64,000 bases of DNA from the human T2T-CHM13v2.0 reference genome, Homo sapiens (GCF_009914755.1 NC_060932.1); one strand, 5' to 3'; counted from the first letter of the stretch, positions 42,200 through 57,870 are shown. The notes: a model not told the origin generated them from the sequence alone. Numbers and translations are program-made.

Positions 42200-43370
42200 A
42201 TTCCTGGACTTGGTTGTTTCAATATTGGTAAAATGAAATATTACATAGCTCAGAAATCAAGTAGACAAAAATGTTTTTAAAAGTTATTATTTAGCAATAA
42301 TCACTACAATTTATAAGTGCTTATCATAGATCTGTCACTATACCTTCTGTTGTGGAGGAAACTAGATAAATTTGATATAAAAGCATACAAAATTTTAAAC
42401 AACTTTTGCAAACTTACTGAAATATTAAAAACACAAAGAGACACTTCAAAAAAGTAATATAAATGGTGATGAGGCAAGCCTACCGTATTTGGAAACAAAT
42501 TTTAAAATGCAGCATTGAAAACTATATAATACTTACCTTATCATAGGTAATTGGATTAGAGAAACACAATATATAGAAACAGATCCCATTGTATATAAGA
42601 ATTTAATACATAATGAAAGAAGTGTTATAAAGCAGTGGAGAAAAAATTGATTATTTGTTCTTCAACTTGCACTATACACAACAAAAGTACATTTCAGATA
42701 GAAAAGGGGTTAAATATAAAGTCAAGCCATAAATAATCTAAAAGAAACTAGAATTTACTCTATAGTGTTCTTGTAGAAGAGGAGTGGCGGGCTTTCTAAG
42801 TTTAGAAACAAAAGGAGCACCAAGGAAAAGATCAGTACTTTGTCTTATTTGTATAGATGAAAGTTTTGCACAGCCCCTTTAAAAAGACAGAGACCTAAAT
42901 CCAACCTAAAAAAACTGGCAAACAATAGAGTAAGATAAATCGTTTTAAGCAAATTTAAGAAACAAAAGTGTGATATCTTTGCTCTAGGAGAAATACATAC
43001 AAGTCTCTCTAAAAAAATAAACTTTGCACATGTACAAAAGAAATAAGGCTGATAAGTAAACATGGGAAAATATTTATTTTCATTAGCAAGCAAAGAAATA
43101 TAAATTAAAACAATATTGAAAAACTATTTTTGCATATCAAAATAGCATACATTCAAATTAATGAAAATATTTAGTGATGAAGATGGTGTGGTGAATAGAT
43201 ACACTCTTACGTTATTGGTGTTTATAGAAATTGTTTTATGAAACTGATTCAGTAATCTTCATTATACCTAAAATAAGGGTCATACATTTTGATTCACAAC
43301 TCCACTTTTAGGAATCTATCCAAAGGAATTAACGCTAAAACACCAAAACAATTCTTAAGGGAAAAGATAT
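42200..43370 (+). mobile_element. Ancient L1M (L1ME-like) ORF2 3' fragment
   Basis: A-rich degenerate ORF2 motifs ('ctccacttttaggaatctatccaaaggaa'). Confidence 0.55.
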
Positions 43371-43381
43371 ATATCAGTGTT

Positions 43382-44165
43382 TGTATTGGTTTTCTGTAGC
43401 TGCTGTAATAAATTATCATAAACTTGGTGGCTTAAAACAACAGAAATTTATTCTCTCACAATTTTGGAGTCCAAAAATCCAAAATCAGTATCACTGGGGT
43501 GAGGCGTGGTGGCTCACACCTTCTAATCCCAGCACTTTGGGAGGCCAAGGTGGGCAGATCACTTGAGGTCAGGAGTTCGAGACCAGCCTGGCCAACATGG
43601 CAAAACCCTATCTCTACTGAAAGTACAAAAATTAGCAGGGCGTGGTGGCATGTGCCTGTAATCCCAGCTACTTGGGAGGCTGGGGCACAAGAATATCTTG
43701 AACCTGGGACACGGAGTTTGCAGTGAACTGAAATTGCATCACTGAACTTCAGCCTGGGTGACAGACAGAGACTCCAATTCAAAAAAAAAAAAAAAGAAAA
43801 GAAAAAAGAAATCAATATCACTGGGCTGAAATCAAGGTTTGGCAGGGCTTGTCCCTCTGGAGTCTGCAGAGGGGGAGAATCTAGAATCTTCCACTTTCTG
43901 GTGGCTCCTGGTATTCTCTGGCTTGTGGCTGCATCATTCCAATCACTACCTGTGTGGTCTTGTGGCTTTCTTCTCTTCTGCCTGTAGTCAAGTCTCCCCC
44001 TGCTTCTCTCTTAGAAGGACGCTTGTAATTGCATTTAGGGCCCATCTGGATAATCCAGGATAATCTTCCCATCTCAAGATCCTTAACTGAATCACATCTA
44101 CAAGGAACCCTTTTCCCCCCACAAGGTAACATTTACAGGTTCAAGAGATTAGGATCAAGAACATC
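43382..44165 (-). mobile_element. MaLR LTR (MLT1C-like) split by an Alu
   Basis: 'tgtattggttttctgtagctgctgtaa...ggcttaaaacaacagaaatttattctctcac' and 'gataatccaggataatcttcccatctcaagatccttaa'. Confidence 0.82.
43497..43808 (+). mobile_element. Alu (AluS-type)
   Basis: Full dimer with poly-A; TSD aaatcagtatcactgg/aaatcaatatcactgg. Confidence 0.93.
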
Positions 44166-44263
44166 ATACCTGCCCTCAAAGAGCTTACAGTTTGGTGGGG
44201 AAGCCATATGATAAATCAGTAATTGCAGTTCACAGCAAAGACATTAAGGGAATCTGATTTTTA

Positions 44264-45895
<1,632 letters not shown>

Positions 45896-45999
45896 TTAGG
45901 AAAGGGAGGCTATTACATGCCATTTGCAATGTAAATGATAAGTAGGAGCTGGCTAAGGGATAGCATAGGGAGGAAGACCACCACTCACACTGAAATTTG

Positions 46000-46380
46000 A
46001 ATTCTTACACATAATACATTCTCTTACTCTTGGATCTTTGTTCCTTCGTGCGTTTACATGTGCTGTTATCCCTTCATGGAACACCTTGCTAACTCCTTCT
46101 AATTCCTCAGGTTTTAGCCTACACGGTGATGCTTCTCTATGCAGTAAAGCTTCTCCCAAGCCTGCCCCCATGGCACTCTGTACTTCCCCTTCACAACCCT
46201 TACACTCACCTCTAACTGCCAGCTTATTTGTTCATATCCTCTACTAATTTGTTAGTTCCATGAGATCATGATTTTTGAATGCCTTCGTTATTTTTGCGTC
46301 TTAGTTTCCTATCTGTTAATAGAGTACCTGGCACCTAGTTGATGCCAATAAGTACTTGTTGAGTGATTGAATGAATGAAT
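46000..46380 (+). mobile_element. L2 3' fragment
   Basis: 'gtacctggcacctagttgatgccaataagtacttgttgagtgattgaatgaatgaatg'. Confidence 0.65.
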
Positions 46381-46991
46381 GTAAAAATGAACTTCCAATT
46401 GAGCAGGATTTACTTACCAAGCCTCCTTTTTACATTGAAATTCCATTAAATATGCAATTTATCAAATCAGGCTAACTACCAGATTTGACATCGGTCAGAC
46501 AGATGCAGGTTCAAGATTGGTTTTTTTATTTCCAGTTGTGACTATGTGTCACCTAACATCCCTCAGTCTTATTTTTGGTTCTCTTTGGTCTATAACATTT
46601 ACAGATTGGACAAAAGTACCACTAAGATCGCTTTTTGCCAAAACCATTTCTTTGTTCATGCATCTCTCTGTGTTTGCCTTTTCTCTTCTTGTCTCCCTTG
46701 GAGAATTCCTGATGACCCCTTAAGGCACAGCTCAACATCTGCTTCTCTTACTCCTACCCCAAAGCTGTTAGGAGTTCCCAGTCCTCACCAGAACACTTTG
46801 CAAATATCGTTATTGTAATATGCACCACACTGTTTCATGATTGTTTGTGTTTCCTATCGCATTCCCCTTTCCACCACTTTACTCACAACTAGAATGGCAG
46901 TTTCATGAAACAGGTATCATGTTTTCAGGCTTTAAATCCCTTTGTATCCCTACTATTGAGTGCAATTTCTGCAACAATTAACAGTGAACAC

Positions 46992-47292
<301 letters not shown>

Positions 47293-48385
47293 AGTGAATG
47301 CAACTGAGTTCTTCTTCCATTGTTGTTGTTGTTGTTGTTGTTTTCATGTTACATATGACCATTTTAGAATATGGGGTAGGAAGAAAAGAAGAGTGATGTC
47401 AATATTAGGGCAAGTCAGTTGCATCTGGGTACCAGTAGTGCAGTGTAATCTTACAGTTTATGGAACTGCTTTCTTCAGCTATGTAAGTTCAGTCCAAATG
47501 GTTACTCTTTAAATATCATTCTCAGTACATTATAAGCAATAGATGGTTTTGCCTGCCATTGCTCAGAGCAGGCAAAGGAGGCATAGCTTACCTCTTAGTA
47601 GGAAGTAGCGGGTATTAACCTTTTTGAGCTACCTGGATCCATTTGATAATTTACTCATGGTAAATTGCTTAAATAGAACCTTAGTGGCCTAGAAAGTTAG
47701 CACATCTGCCTGAAAGTAAGCAGTTTACTCTCTTGTAAATTATTGGATTAGTCCTTAATGGCCTCTTTAAATCTTAATGACTTCCTCTGAATGTGGAATG
47801 GGTAGTCTTTTATGGTATTCTAACTAAGCATTTCAAATCAAATCACATATATTTGTTGAGCTCTGTGAAAAGCGTGGTGCTTAGCTGGGGGGCATACAAA
47901 GATGAATAACAGTTGCTATCATCAAGGAGGGTACTATCTTTCTGTGTACACAAGATGGATGTATGATAAGTTAAATAATAATACATGATTTAAATAACAA
48001 TTTGAGGTACTTACAGAAAAGATTTTATGAAGAAGCAAATGATTAATTGGTAGATTCATTATTCAGCTTACATATAGTAGGCACTCCAGAGAGCTGGGAG
48101 AACCCTTCAGGTTATGTAAAGTTTATGAAAAAGAAAGTATTTGAGTCAGGTCTTCAAGAATATCTGGTAAGGAAGAAGAAATTTGTGTTATTTGGGGACA
48201 TAATGGAAATGACCTGTTACCTGATGAGATGGGTAACACTATCAGGAAGTGGTAGGCGGTGGTATCAAACAGACTAATTTTCACGAGGGAATTCTGTCTG
48301 AAACATAGTACCTAGAAGGAAACAAACAGCCAACAACATGTGTCATGACCTAGGCAGGAAGTCAGTATCAAGAGATTCAGCATAC

Positions 48386-48679
48386 GGTGTGCTGCATGGT
48401 GGCTCATTCCTATAATCCAGCACTTTGGGAGGCTGAGGTGGGAGGACTGTTTGAGCCCATGTTTGAGACCAGCCCAGGCAACATAGTGAGACCCCATCTC
48501 TACAAAGAAATTAGCTGAGCATGGTGGCATATGCCTATGGTCCCAGCTACTCAGGAGGCTGAGGTGGGAGGATTGCTTGAGCCTGGGAGGTCAAGACTAT
48601 GGTGAGCCATGATCATGCCACTGCACTCCAGCCTGGGTGATAGAATAAGACCATGTCTAAAAAAAAAAAAAAAAAAAAA
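48386..48679 (+). mobile_element. Alu (AluJ-like)
   Basis: J-type 'ggaggattgcttgagcctgggaggtcaag'; poly-A tail. Confidence 0.88.
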
Positions 48680-49313
48680 CCCAGCATAAAGGAGAAAGGT
48701 GTCAAAATAATTGGTTGTTCATAAGAAATTGTTAATTATAGTAACACTGGCAAACAGCAGCAACAATGGTGGCAGCAGCAATCAAGTTTTTTTTTAAATT
48801 TAACATCTTTGCCATTTTTAAGTGTATAGTTCGGTGGCAATAAATACATTTATATCATTTTGTTCACCTTCATCCCCAATCAACAATTTTTTAGTGTTTT
48901 CTAAGTGCCAGTCACTTATATATTATCGTATTTCACATATTAATTCTTCTAACCATTACTAATTTATAGGTTAGGTACTATTATAATTCCCATTTTATAG
49001 ATAAGGATATTGAGACATCAGTCCAGAAATAGATGGTACTGACCAAACAGCATAAGAAATTTCTGCCCACAAATGGTACCAGCATCTGGGCAAAGACCGT
49101 CTTGGCAAACTTTCTGTCCTGAGAATTGAACAAGAGTTGTTAGAAGACAGATTGATTCACAAGGGCTTTAAGCTGGCGTACATCTCCATGTACTCATCAG
49201 CTCATGAATTTCAGCTGCAACCATTCAGTGTTATTGGTGCCACTTAGCCTAGAGTGACCAGGTACTTTATGTGGACTCTATTTCTGCCTGCTCTATCCTT
49301 CTAGCTCTGAGAC

Positions 49314-50874
49314 TGTGTCCGGAATTGGTGGGTTCTTGGTCTCGCTGACTTCAAGAATGAAGCCACGGACCCCCATGGTGAGTGTTACGGTTCTTAAAGA
49401 TGGTGAAAGATGGTGTGTCCAGAGTTTCTTCCTACTGGTGGGTTTGTGGTCTCGCTGACTTCAGGAGTGAAGCTGCAGACCTTTGCAGTGAGTGTTACAG
49501 TTCTTAAAGGTGGCACGTCTGGAGTTGTGCATTCCTCCCGTCCGGAGTTGTTCATTGCTCTCTGTGGGTTCATGGTCTTGCTGGTCTCAGGAGTGAAGCT
49601 GCAGACCTTCACGGTCAGTGCTACAGCTCAAAAAGGCAGTGCGGACCCAAAGAGTGAGCAGCAGCAAGATTTATTGCAAAGAGCAAAAGAACAAAGCTCC
49701 CACAACGTGGAAGGGGACATAAAGGGGTTGCTGCTGCTGACTCAGGCAGCCTGCTTTTATTCCTTTATCTGGCCCCACCCACATCCTGCTGATTGGCCCA
49801 TTTTACAGAGAGCTGATTGGTCCATTTTATAGAGAGCTGATTGGTCCATTTTGACAGGGTGCTCATTGGTGCATTTACAATCCCTGAGCTAGACACAGAG
49901 TGCTGATTGGTGCATTTACAATCCTCTAGCTAGACATAAAAGTTCTCCAAGTCCCCACTAGATTAGCTAGACACAGAGCACTGACTGGTGCGTTCACAAA
50001 CCTTGAGCTAGACACAGGGTGCTGATTGGTGCATTTACAAACCTTGAGCTAGACACAGAGTGCTGACTGGTGCATTTACAATTCTCCAGCTAGACATAAA
50101 AGTTTTCCAAGTCTCCACCAGATTAGCTAGATACAGAGTGCTGATTGGTGCATCCATGAACCTTGAGCTAGACACAGAGTGCTGATTGGTGCATATACAA
50201 TCCTCCAGCTAGACTTAAAAGCTCTCCAAGTCCCCACCTGACTCAGGAGTCCAGCTGGCTTCACCCGGTGGACGCTGCGCTGGGGCCATGAGCGGAGCTG
50301 CCCACCAGTCCCGTGCAGTGCCTGTACACCTCAGCCCTTGGGTGGTCATCCACTGGGCTCCGCAGAGCAGGTGTGGCGCCTACTGGGGAGGCTCAGGCCG
50401 CGCAGGAGCCCATGGGGTGGGGGGACTCAGGCATGGCGGGCTGCAGGTCCTGAGCCCTGCCCTGTGGGGAGGCGGCTGAGGCCCGGCAAGAATTCAAGCA
50501 CGGAGTGGATGGGCAGGCAGTGCTTGGGGACCCGGCGCACCCTCCACAGCTGCTGGCCCGGGTGCTAAGCCCCTCACTGCCTGGGGCCAGTGGCGCCCGC
50601 CGGCCGCTCCCAGTGCTGGGCCCTCCGAGCCCATGCCCACCCTGAACTCGCACTGGTCTGCGAGTGCCGTGCACAGCCCCGGCTCCCGCCCGCGCCTCTC
50701 CCTCCACACCTCCCCGCAAGCAGAGGGAGCTGGCTCCGGCCTCTGCCAGCCCAGAGATGGGCTTCCACAGTGTGGCGGCAGGCTGAAGGGCTCCTCAAGC
50801 ATGGCCAGAGTAGACACCGAGGCCAAGGAGGCACCGAGAGCGAGCGAGGGCTGTTGGCATGTTGTCACCTCTCA
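49314..50874 (-). mobile_element. Solo LTR12 (LTR12C/D-like, ~1.56 kb)
   Basis: TG...CA ends, array of 'gagctagacacagagtgctgattggtgcatttacaa' CCAAT repeats (49780-50220), GC-rich U3 (50270-50870); TSD agac/acac (3 of 4 match). Confidence 0.92.
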
Positions 50875-53237
50875 ACACCTCTGCCTTGATTCCTGCCTCC
50901 AACTTTTGCATTGGTCTTTGGACGTAGTGTCTTCAGTCTTAAAACTTGGTATTCACCAGTGGACTTTGACTTGACTATTGTCTTGATTCCCAGCTGGATT
51001 ATCTTTAGGGGGAAGTTCTAGTTTCCATTCCAACACCCAGACCCTGTCTTGTGGGACCCAACAGTGTCCTCACCCAATATTCCACACCAGTCAACCTTAG
51101 TTAAGCTTCTGAGCTCCTTCCTCGCTATTCCTCTAAGTAGGGATAGGGTGGGTGAGTATATGCATTGGTTTAGACATGAACAGAATTTGGCCCATGTTTG
51201 GGCATCAATGAGTTTGAGTAGAGCAGAGTTCTTCAAGGGAAGAGAGGAATACAAGCCTCATACAGTCCTTTGGGGTGAAGACAGGGAGAACCTTTTATTT
51301 TAAAATACTTAAAATGTAGCATTTCTAAAAGTGACTTTTATTTAATGCAAAGATAATTATAAAACCAATACAGCAATGTGTCCCTGATGCTCCAACTCTG
51401 GGCTATGTCTGCAAAATTGAAATCATACATGGGTTCTATATTAGGTAGATTTTTTCTTTCCAGTTTCAAGGAATATATACAACCTCAGGATAGCTTAGAT
51501 TTGTGTTTCTTAAGGGCTGATTTATTGGACTATCAGGCTCAGATATGTAAAATGAAGATTCCTAGGTCATGGACCACATCCTCTAGATCTGAACCTTTTC
51601 AGGGCTTCAGGTAGTAGATTTTTAATTCACATCCTAGGTGATTATTATCTACACCAAATTTTTATTGAGAGGAAGACTAAGAAACACAACAGCCAAACAA
51701 GCTGGTCTCACAGAAAACTGTAAGGACTTTGTGATTCAGTGTTTCTGGCGATGGGTTTTATCTCTTTAATGCTATTGTTACTTAACATGCCATCAGTGTA
51801 ATGACTCTGCTTTTTTATTTTCAGTCACAACCTTTGAGCTCACAAAACTACCATTCTCTACTCTCCTACTTGCTACATCCTGGTTTCTGCTTATTGTGGT
51901 TTCTCTCACCTTGCAGATTCTCCTGCCTCATGGCTTGGACCTCCTGCCTTTTTCTGAATTTCTGACTGCTTGGCTTTTCTACCCAACAGATGGTTTTGTT
52001 GTTGTCTGGGTAGAAGTTAGAGTATACGTTAGTTTTAAACCACAGATTAGTAGATCTTTGCACAAGATAATGCTCATGGTTTTTATTTGATTTTATTTTC
52101 TATCCTCATGAATAATTTTAATATTTTCAGGATTATAGAAGAGATAAAACTATGGTTTATATATCTCAAATTATATAGTCAAAAATAACATATTCTATGT
52201 TTTCCTTTTCTCCTACCTTCCTCTAATGGTACCTATGTCCTACATTTAAAGAAAGATAACCTAATTTGTTTAGTTGGTCACTTTCCCAAGAAGAGTAGCC
52301 CTGTTGGCAGAGGTCTCATGCCATTTCACAGGTCACTGGCCAGCCTTGAGTCAAGCACCCATCCCTGGTCCAGTTAACTGTGATCAGAGTAGTAAGGTCA
52401 CATGGTCAGCTCTCCTTAAAAAACAGAAACCATGGAACAGTAACGCATTTAGAACACAAAACTTTCCTCTCTGTTATATAGCCACATTTGTAGTTGGCGA
52501 TTTGGGGCTTTGGGGTTAGCCCCATTGTAAAATATAATCTGATATATCATCGCCTGCCTCAGGTGTCTGGATTCACCTGGGGATGGCTCTAGACATGCAC
52601 AAAACCCACATCCTCCTACCCCACTGGGTATTTGTCACTGTGGCCTTACAGTAGAAATGCAGATAGGACTGGGCATATTCCAAGTGTACACACCACTACT
52701 ACTCTATTCCAGAGAGGCTGGATATATAATAAAGATTCATGAACCTTTATTTCAAGTGCTAGCTAAAAACAAGACAATAAAGTCAGTTGAGGGATTCTAT
52801 AGATATCAAAAAATCACAGTCCTAGAGCTTCTTTAGACCAGGGATTCAATTACCTGCTGGGTTCCTTGAGAAACCATGCATTATTATTTACAGAAGGATG
52901 TCAATTGATTGTTATGGTCTGCACTTTAAAGAACATGAAGCCTTGATTTACAGGCACCTGTTTTCTCACAGTGGATATGAAATGCTGGTATTCACTGTGT
53001 TCATGAGACAGGAAAAATTATTATTCAACATATGTCATGATGGTCATCTTACAGGAAAATCTAAATGAATAATTATTTTTCTGAACGCTAGCTGTTAAAC
53101 ATATTACATGGATCATGAAACTCCTATTCAAAAAGTATTGCTCCTTGCAAAGAGAAGATTCAAAGTTTATATTCTGTAAAGTCTTTTCTACTGGCATTAT
53201 TGTGAACATATACTATATATATACAAGGAGTTCCCAA

Positions 53238-53525
53238 CCATTCATTTAACAAATATTTATGAGAGTCTGTTGTGTTCCAGACACTATCCTAGCTAGGGGC
53301 AAGAAAAAGTCACTGTCTTCATGGAGCTTACCTTTCAGTGGAGGAGCCCAGAAACAAATAAGGTGATTTCACAGAGCAGGAAGGGGACCAAGAAAATAAA
53401 TTGGAGTAATGGACTAAAGAATAAGGGAAGATGGGGTGGAATACATAAACTAGGATGGCCAGAAAAGGACGCTCCAAGGAGATAAAATTGGAGCTGAGAC
53501 CTGAATGAATAACAACAGAACACTT
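53238..53525 (-). mobile_element. L2 3' fragment
   Basis: 'cattcatttaacaaatatttatgag...catggagcttacctttcagtgg'. Confidence 0.65.
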
Positions 53526-53539
53526 ATTTAATGCTGGTG

Positions 53540-54600
53540 AGAGGTACATTAATACTACACTTTGGTGTAATATAAGGAGAGTTGAAGACACACATGTTCT
53601 ATGACTCAGGAGTTCCAGATATACACTCAACAGAAATGCTCACAAGTGTGTGCCAAGAATTATGTAGAAGAATCACCTGTCTCCTTATGTAGTTAGTAAT
53701 GGTGCTCACGTTTGTGCCAATATCACAGTGCTCAACACTGAGGATGTGGAATTGGAATGTGTTGTATATTTCTGACTGCTACTGATTTACTGAAAAAGTT
53801 ATTGCTCCAAAGACCTATAAGAATTTCATAGTTTCATAGTGTCAACTGTCTCAACAACCCAAATGTCCATCAACAATAGAATGAATATGAAAATTATGTT
53901 ATTCTATACAGTGGAATACTTTATAGCTATGAAAATGAATGAATTACATTTATGTACTCATAATGGATGAATCTCAAAAACACAATGTGAAGTGCAAGAA
54001 GCCAGGCAAAACAGAATACGTGATGTATAATTTTATTTATATAAAGCTCAAAAAGGAGGCAAAACTAAACTGCAGGGTTTAGGAAATGCAAGCCTAGGTG
54101 GTCAATCTAAGAACAAGCAGGGTGGTGATTGGTGTGTAAGTCAGGATAGTACTTACCTCTGCAGGGAGGGGATTTTAATGTTTGGAAGTGGACAGGTAGG
54201 AGGCTGTATTAGTCAGTTCTTGCATTGCTATAAAGAAATACCTGAGACTGAGTAATTTATCCTAACTATTGCAAGGACAGTACCAAGAGGGATGGTGCTA
54301 AACCATTCATGAGAAATCTGCCCCCAGGTTCCAATCACCTGCTACCAGGCCCCACTTCCAACACTGGGGATTACATTTCAGTATGTGATTTGGGCGGGGA
54401 CACACACCCAAACTATATCAGAGGCTTTCAGTTACTGACAGTGTCTATTGACCTGCAGAATAATCCCCCATCCTGCTAGCATCTTCTGACCCTGGTTATA
54501 CCTAGCTAGTTCTTTCCTTTGTGACACTTTGTTGAACTCCACATTGTTACTTTGTGCATATAACTATTTGCTATATTTCACAGAAGAAAAAAATTCATAA
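53540..54600 (+). mobile_element. Old L1M 3' end interrupted by an MST-type LTR fragment (54206-54420)
   Basis: 'aacccaaatgtccatcaacaatagaatg...atggatgaatctcaaaaac'; internal 'tgtattagtcagttcttgcattgctataaagaaatacctgagac...ccaaactatatca'. Confidence 0.7.
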
Positions 54601-54615
54601 AAGCACCACCCATGT

Positions 54616-55155
54616 TGTATTAGTCAGGATTCTCTAGAGGGGCAGAAGTAATAGGATAGACGTATATGTGAATGGGGAGTTTATTAGGAGAATTGACTCA
54701 CATGATCAGAAGGTGAAGTCCCATGATTGGCCAGCTGCAAGCTGAGAAGCAAGCTCCGAGTCCCAAAACCTCAGAAGTAGCTAAGCTGATAGTGCAGCCT
54801 TCAGTCTGTGGCCAACGTCCCGAGAGCCCCTCGGCAAATCACGGGTGTAAATCCAAGAGTTCAGAAGCTGAAGAACTTGAAGTCTGATATTCGAGGGCAG
54901 GAAGCATCGAGTACAGGAGAAAGATGGAGGCCAGAAGACTTAGCAAGTCAAGCCCTTCTAACTTCTGCCTGCTGTATTTTAGCTGCATTGGCAGCTGATT
55001 AGATGGTGCCCACCCAGATTGAGGGCAGGTCTGTCTCTCCCAGTCCACTGACTCAAATGTTAATCTCCTTTGGCAACACCCTTGCAGACACACCCAGAAA
55101 CAATACTTTGCATCGTTCAGTCCAATCAAGTTGACACTCAATATTGACCATCACC
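54616..55155 (-). mobile_element. ERVL solo LTR (MLT2A/B-like)
   Basis: 'tgtattagtcaggattctctagaggg...caatcaagttgacactcaatattgaccatcac'; 5-bp TSD CATGT. Confidence 0.88.
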
Positions 55156-56310
55156 CATGTATAATTTGTGTACTACTTGTCCAATAAAATAAAAGCAAAG
55201 TCAATGCTTACACTTCAAAATGTAGAAAATGAAAGAAAACATTTATGAAGAAAAAATTTTAAAACTTATTGACATCTTTATGTCATGTTTATATCATTTA
55301 AATTATTAAACACAAATGTAATTTTTATCTGCAGTAGAAAAAATTTTATATTTTATTAAATTTCTATTTGCTACTTCATTACTGTTTACCTGTGAAAGAT
55401 GATGAGTGATTTTTTTCTTATTTAAACCATATTAGAAGGTGTTCTAGCTATTAGATTATCATAGGGATAGAAAATAATATTTTATATAAAAGCTTTTATA
55501 CCGAGAATGCCTTGAGGCACTTTACAGAGTAAACATTGGTAGTAAATAACCTTGAGCAAATTTTGCCTTTGTTATGCATAGAAAACCCTATACGTATCAA
55601 ATAAGGAAATGTTGGTGAGAATGTAAGGCTTTTGTAATTATTAATATTTATTTCCAAGACTACTAGGGACACGTATATAATAAAATAACTTGCTGAGATA
55701 ATAAAGGTCAACAATCATAAAAAAAGATTTACCTGTCTACTGATCTACTTGGTAATGATGATCACATTTCTGCTAACATTGCAATGCTCACTACCAAGGT
55801 TGGGACTTGGGGACGCGTTGTACAATGTGACTGACAACTATTGATTTACTGAATAACTTAATGCTCAATCCACTATTAGGCAGGGAACTGCCAAGGTGCA
55901 GAGCAATCTCATTACAAAGGAAAGCCTTGCATGATTTTTTTCTTTGTTCTGCTATAAAATCTGTAATTTCCTTTTTCCTATGTATGTGTCTATGTGTGTG
56001 TATGTGTACACATTTGTTCTCCAAAAATGCATTGTATCTGTTAACTAGAGTTTATTACCTAAAGTGATAAAATCTACTGACAGCCCTTAGTCACACTTGG
56101 TCTCTTTCTGGCACCTTAAACATGGAATTTGAAGATTGCTAAAACAAGGAAGAATTAAATTGTGTTAGGAATCCAGGGACCCTCTAGGACAGAAGGATCC
56201 CTGGATTTGGACAGAAGGGTCCAAATTCAATGTTATACAAATCTACTAAGGCAGCCTACTTGTCCTGTGTAAGGCTCAATGGCAAGGTAGGCATAAACAG
56301 TTCAGCAATA

Positions 56311-56610
56311 GGCTGGTGCAGTGGCTCACACCTGTAATCCCAGCACTTTGGGGGGCTGAGGTGGGCAGATCACCTGAGGTCAGAAGTTCAAGACCAGCCC
56401 GGGCAACGTGGTGAAACACCGTCTCTACTAAAAATACAAAAATTAGCCAGGTGTGGTGGTGCAAGCCTGTAATCCCAGCTACTCCAAGGCTGAGGCACAA
56501 GAACTGCTTGAACCTGTGAGGCAGAGGTTGCAGCGAGCTGAGATGGCACCACTGCACTTCACCCTGGGCAACAGAGTGAGACTCTGTCTCAAAAAAAAAA
56601 AAAAAAAAAA
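56311..56610 (+). mobile_element. Alu (AluS-type)
   Basis: Full dimer with A20 tail. Confidence 0.93.
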
Positions 56611-57002
56611 CTTCAGTGATACAATTCTGAGATAAAATTACCATAAGCCAAAGTTTAAGCAAAAGTTAGATGATTAAAGATCAAGGGTTTTTCTGGGGTC
56701 TGTGAGGCAGTAGGTATGAGAACCCATCTACCTGCATCCAGGTGGCAGTCTTGAGTTCTAAGGAGGTGTCTGAGTGGCTGATTCTAAGAACTAGGATACC
56801 AGGAACCCAGGCCAGAGAAGGATCTTCCTCTCTCACTCCATGAGAAGTAGTACAGTTCAGCCAGGAGTCTCTACCACAGGAGTGGTTCAGTCCAGCTCTC
56901 TTGCTTTAGGTTAGACCAGCAGAGTTTATGTCCTTAGAACAGCAGCTGCAGAAACAAATGGAGGGTTTCTTCAGATAGCCTTGGGAAGGGCCTTCTCCTA
57001 GG

Positions 57003-57190
57003 CTGCTGTTCTGGGAAGTGTGGACCCAGAATAGCAGCATCAGCATCACCTGGAAACTTGATAGAAGTGTGTGTTCTTAGGACTCACTGCACACCCACTC
57101 AATCAAAGTCTCTGAGAGTGGGGATGAGCAATTTGTATTTTATCAAGTCCTCTGAGTCGCTCTGATGCAGGCTAAAGTTTGAGAACTGCT
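57003..57190. mobile_element. MER5A (hAT-Charlie)
   Basis: 'agcagcatcagcatcacctggaaactt...gctaaagtttgagaactgct'. Confidence 0.75.
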
Positions 57191-57384
57191 ATCCTAGAAC
57201 AACCAGCCCTCAGTAGAGGTGGACTCCTTCAGCTGCATGGCTTTAACAAGGTGAGAATCAATGGGACTGGCCTGTTAGTCTCCACAAGTGGTAACTTTGA
57301 GCTTAAGTACAAATCGCAGCATCAGCAATTAGTGACAAGTCAGGGGCCAGCGATATCTACATAATGGTGGCAAAAGCAGCACGA

Positions 57385-57705
57385 TTTTGTTTGTTTGTTT
57401 TGAGACAGTCTCACTCTGTCGCCCAGGCTGGAGTGCAGTGGCACAATCTTGGCTCACTGCAATCTCCATCTCCTGAGTTCAGGTGATTCTCATGCCTCAG
57501 TCTCCTGAGTAGTTGGGACTACAGGTGTGTGCCACCACGCCCTGCTAATTTTTTTTTTAATTTAAATTTTTTCTTTTTAATTCTTAGTGGAGACAGGATT
57601 TCGCCATGTTGTCTAGACTGGTCTCAAACTCCTAAGCTCAGGCAATTTGCCTGCCTCGTCCTCCCAAAGTGCTAGGATTACAGGCGTGAGCCACTGTGCG
57701 CTGCC
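57385..57705 (-). mobile_element. Alu
   Basis: (TTTG)n head, both arms; TSD aaaagcagcacgat/aaaagcagcatgat. Confidence 0.92.
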
Positions 57706-57870
57706 AAAAGCAGCATGATATTAACTTCTGAAGAAGCCCAGCCTTCATTCCTGCTGAGCTTCCACCCATCTCAAGGGAGCTTCTATGAATTCTGGCCTCA
57801 ATGGGATTTGAGATTAGATTCACCGGAGCTTTGGACTCCAGAAAGCATTCTGGGGGCTTTTTGAATATTC

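Noticed and set aside
47320-47341. (TTG)7 run giving a poly-Cys ORF
   Set aside because: Short microsatellite next to an Alu tail; no gene context
49780-50220. Regularly spaced direct repeats superficially like a CRISPR array
   Set aside because: These are LTR12 U3 CCAAT enhancer repeats: no unique spacers, no cas genes, eukaryotic context
50270-50870. Second GC/CpG-rich patch resembling a gene promoter, with several ORFs
   Set aside because: Entirely inside the LTR12 U3; no exon or recognisable coding sequence
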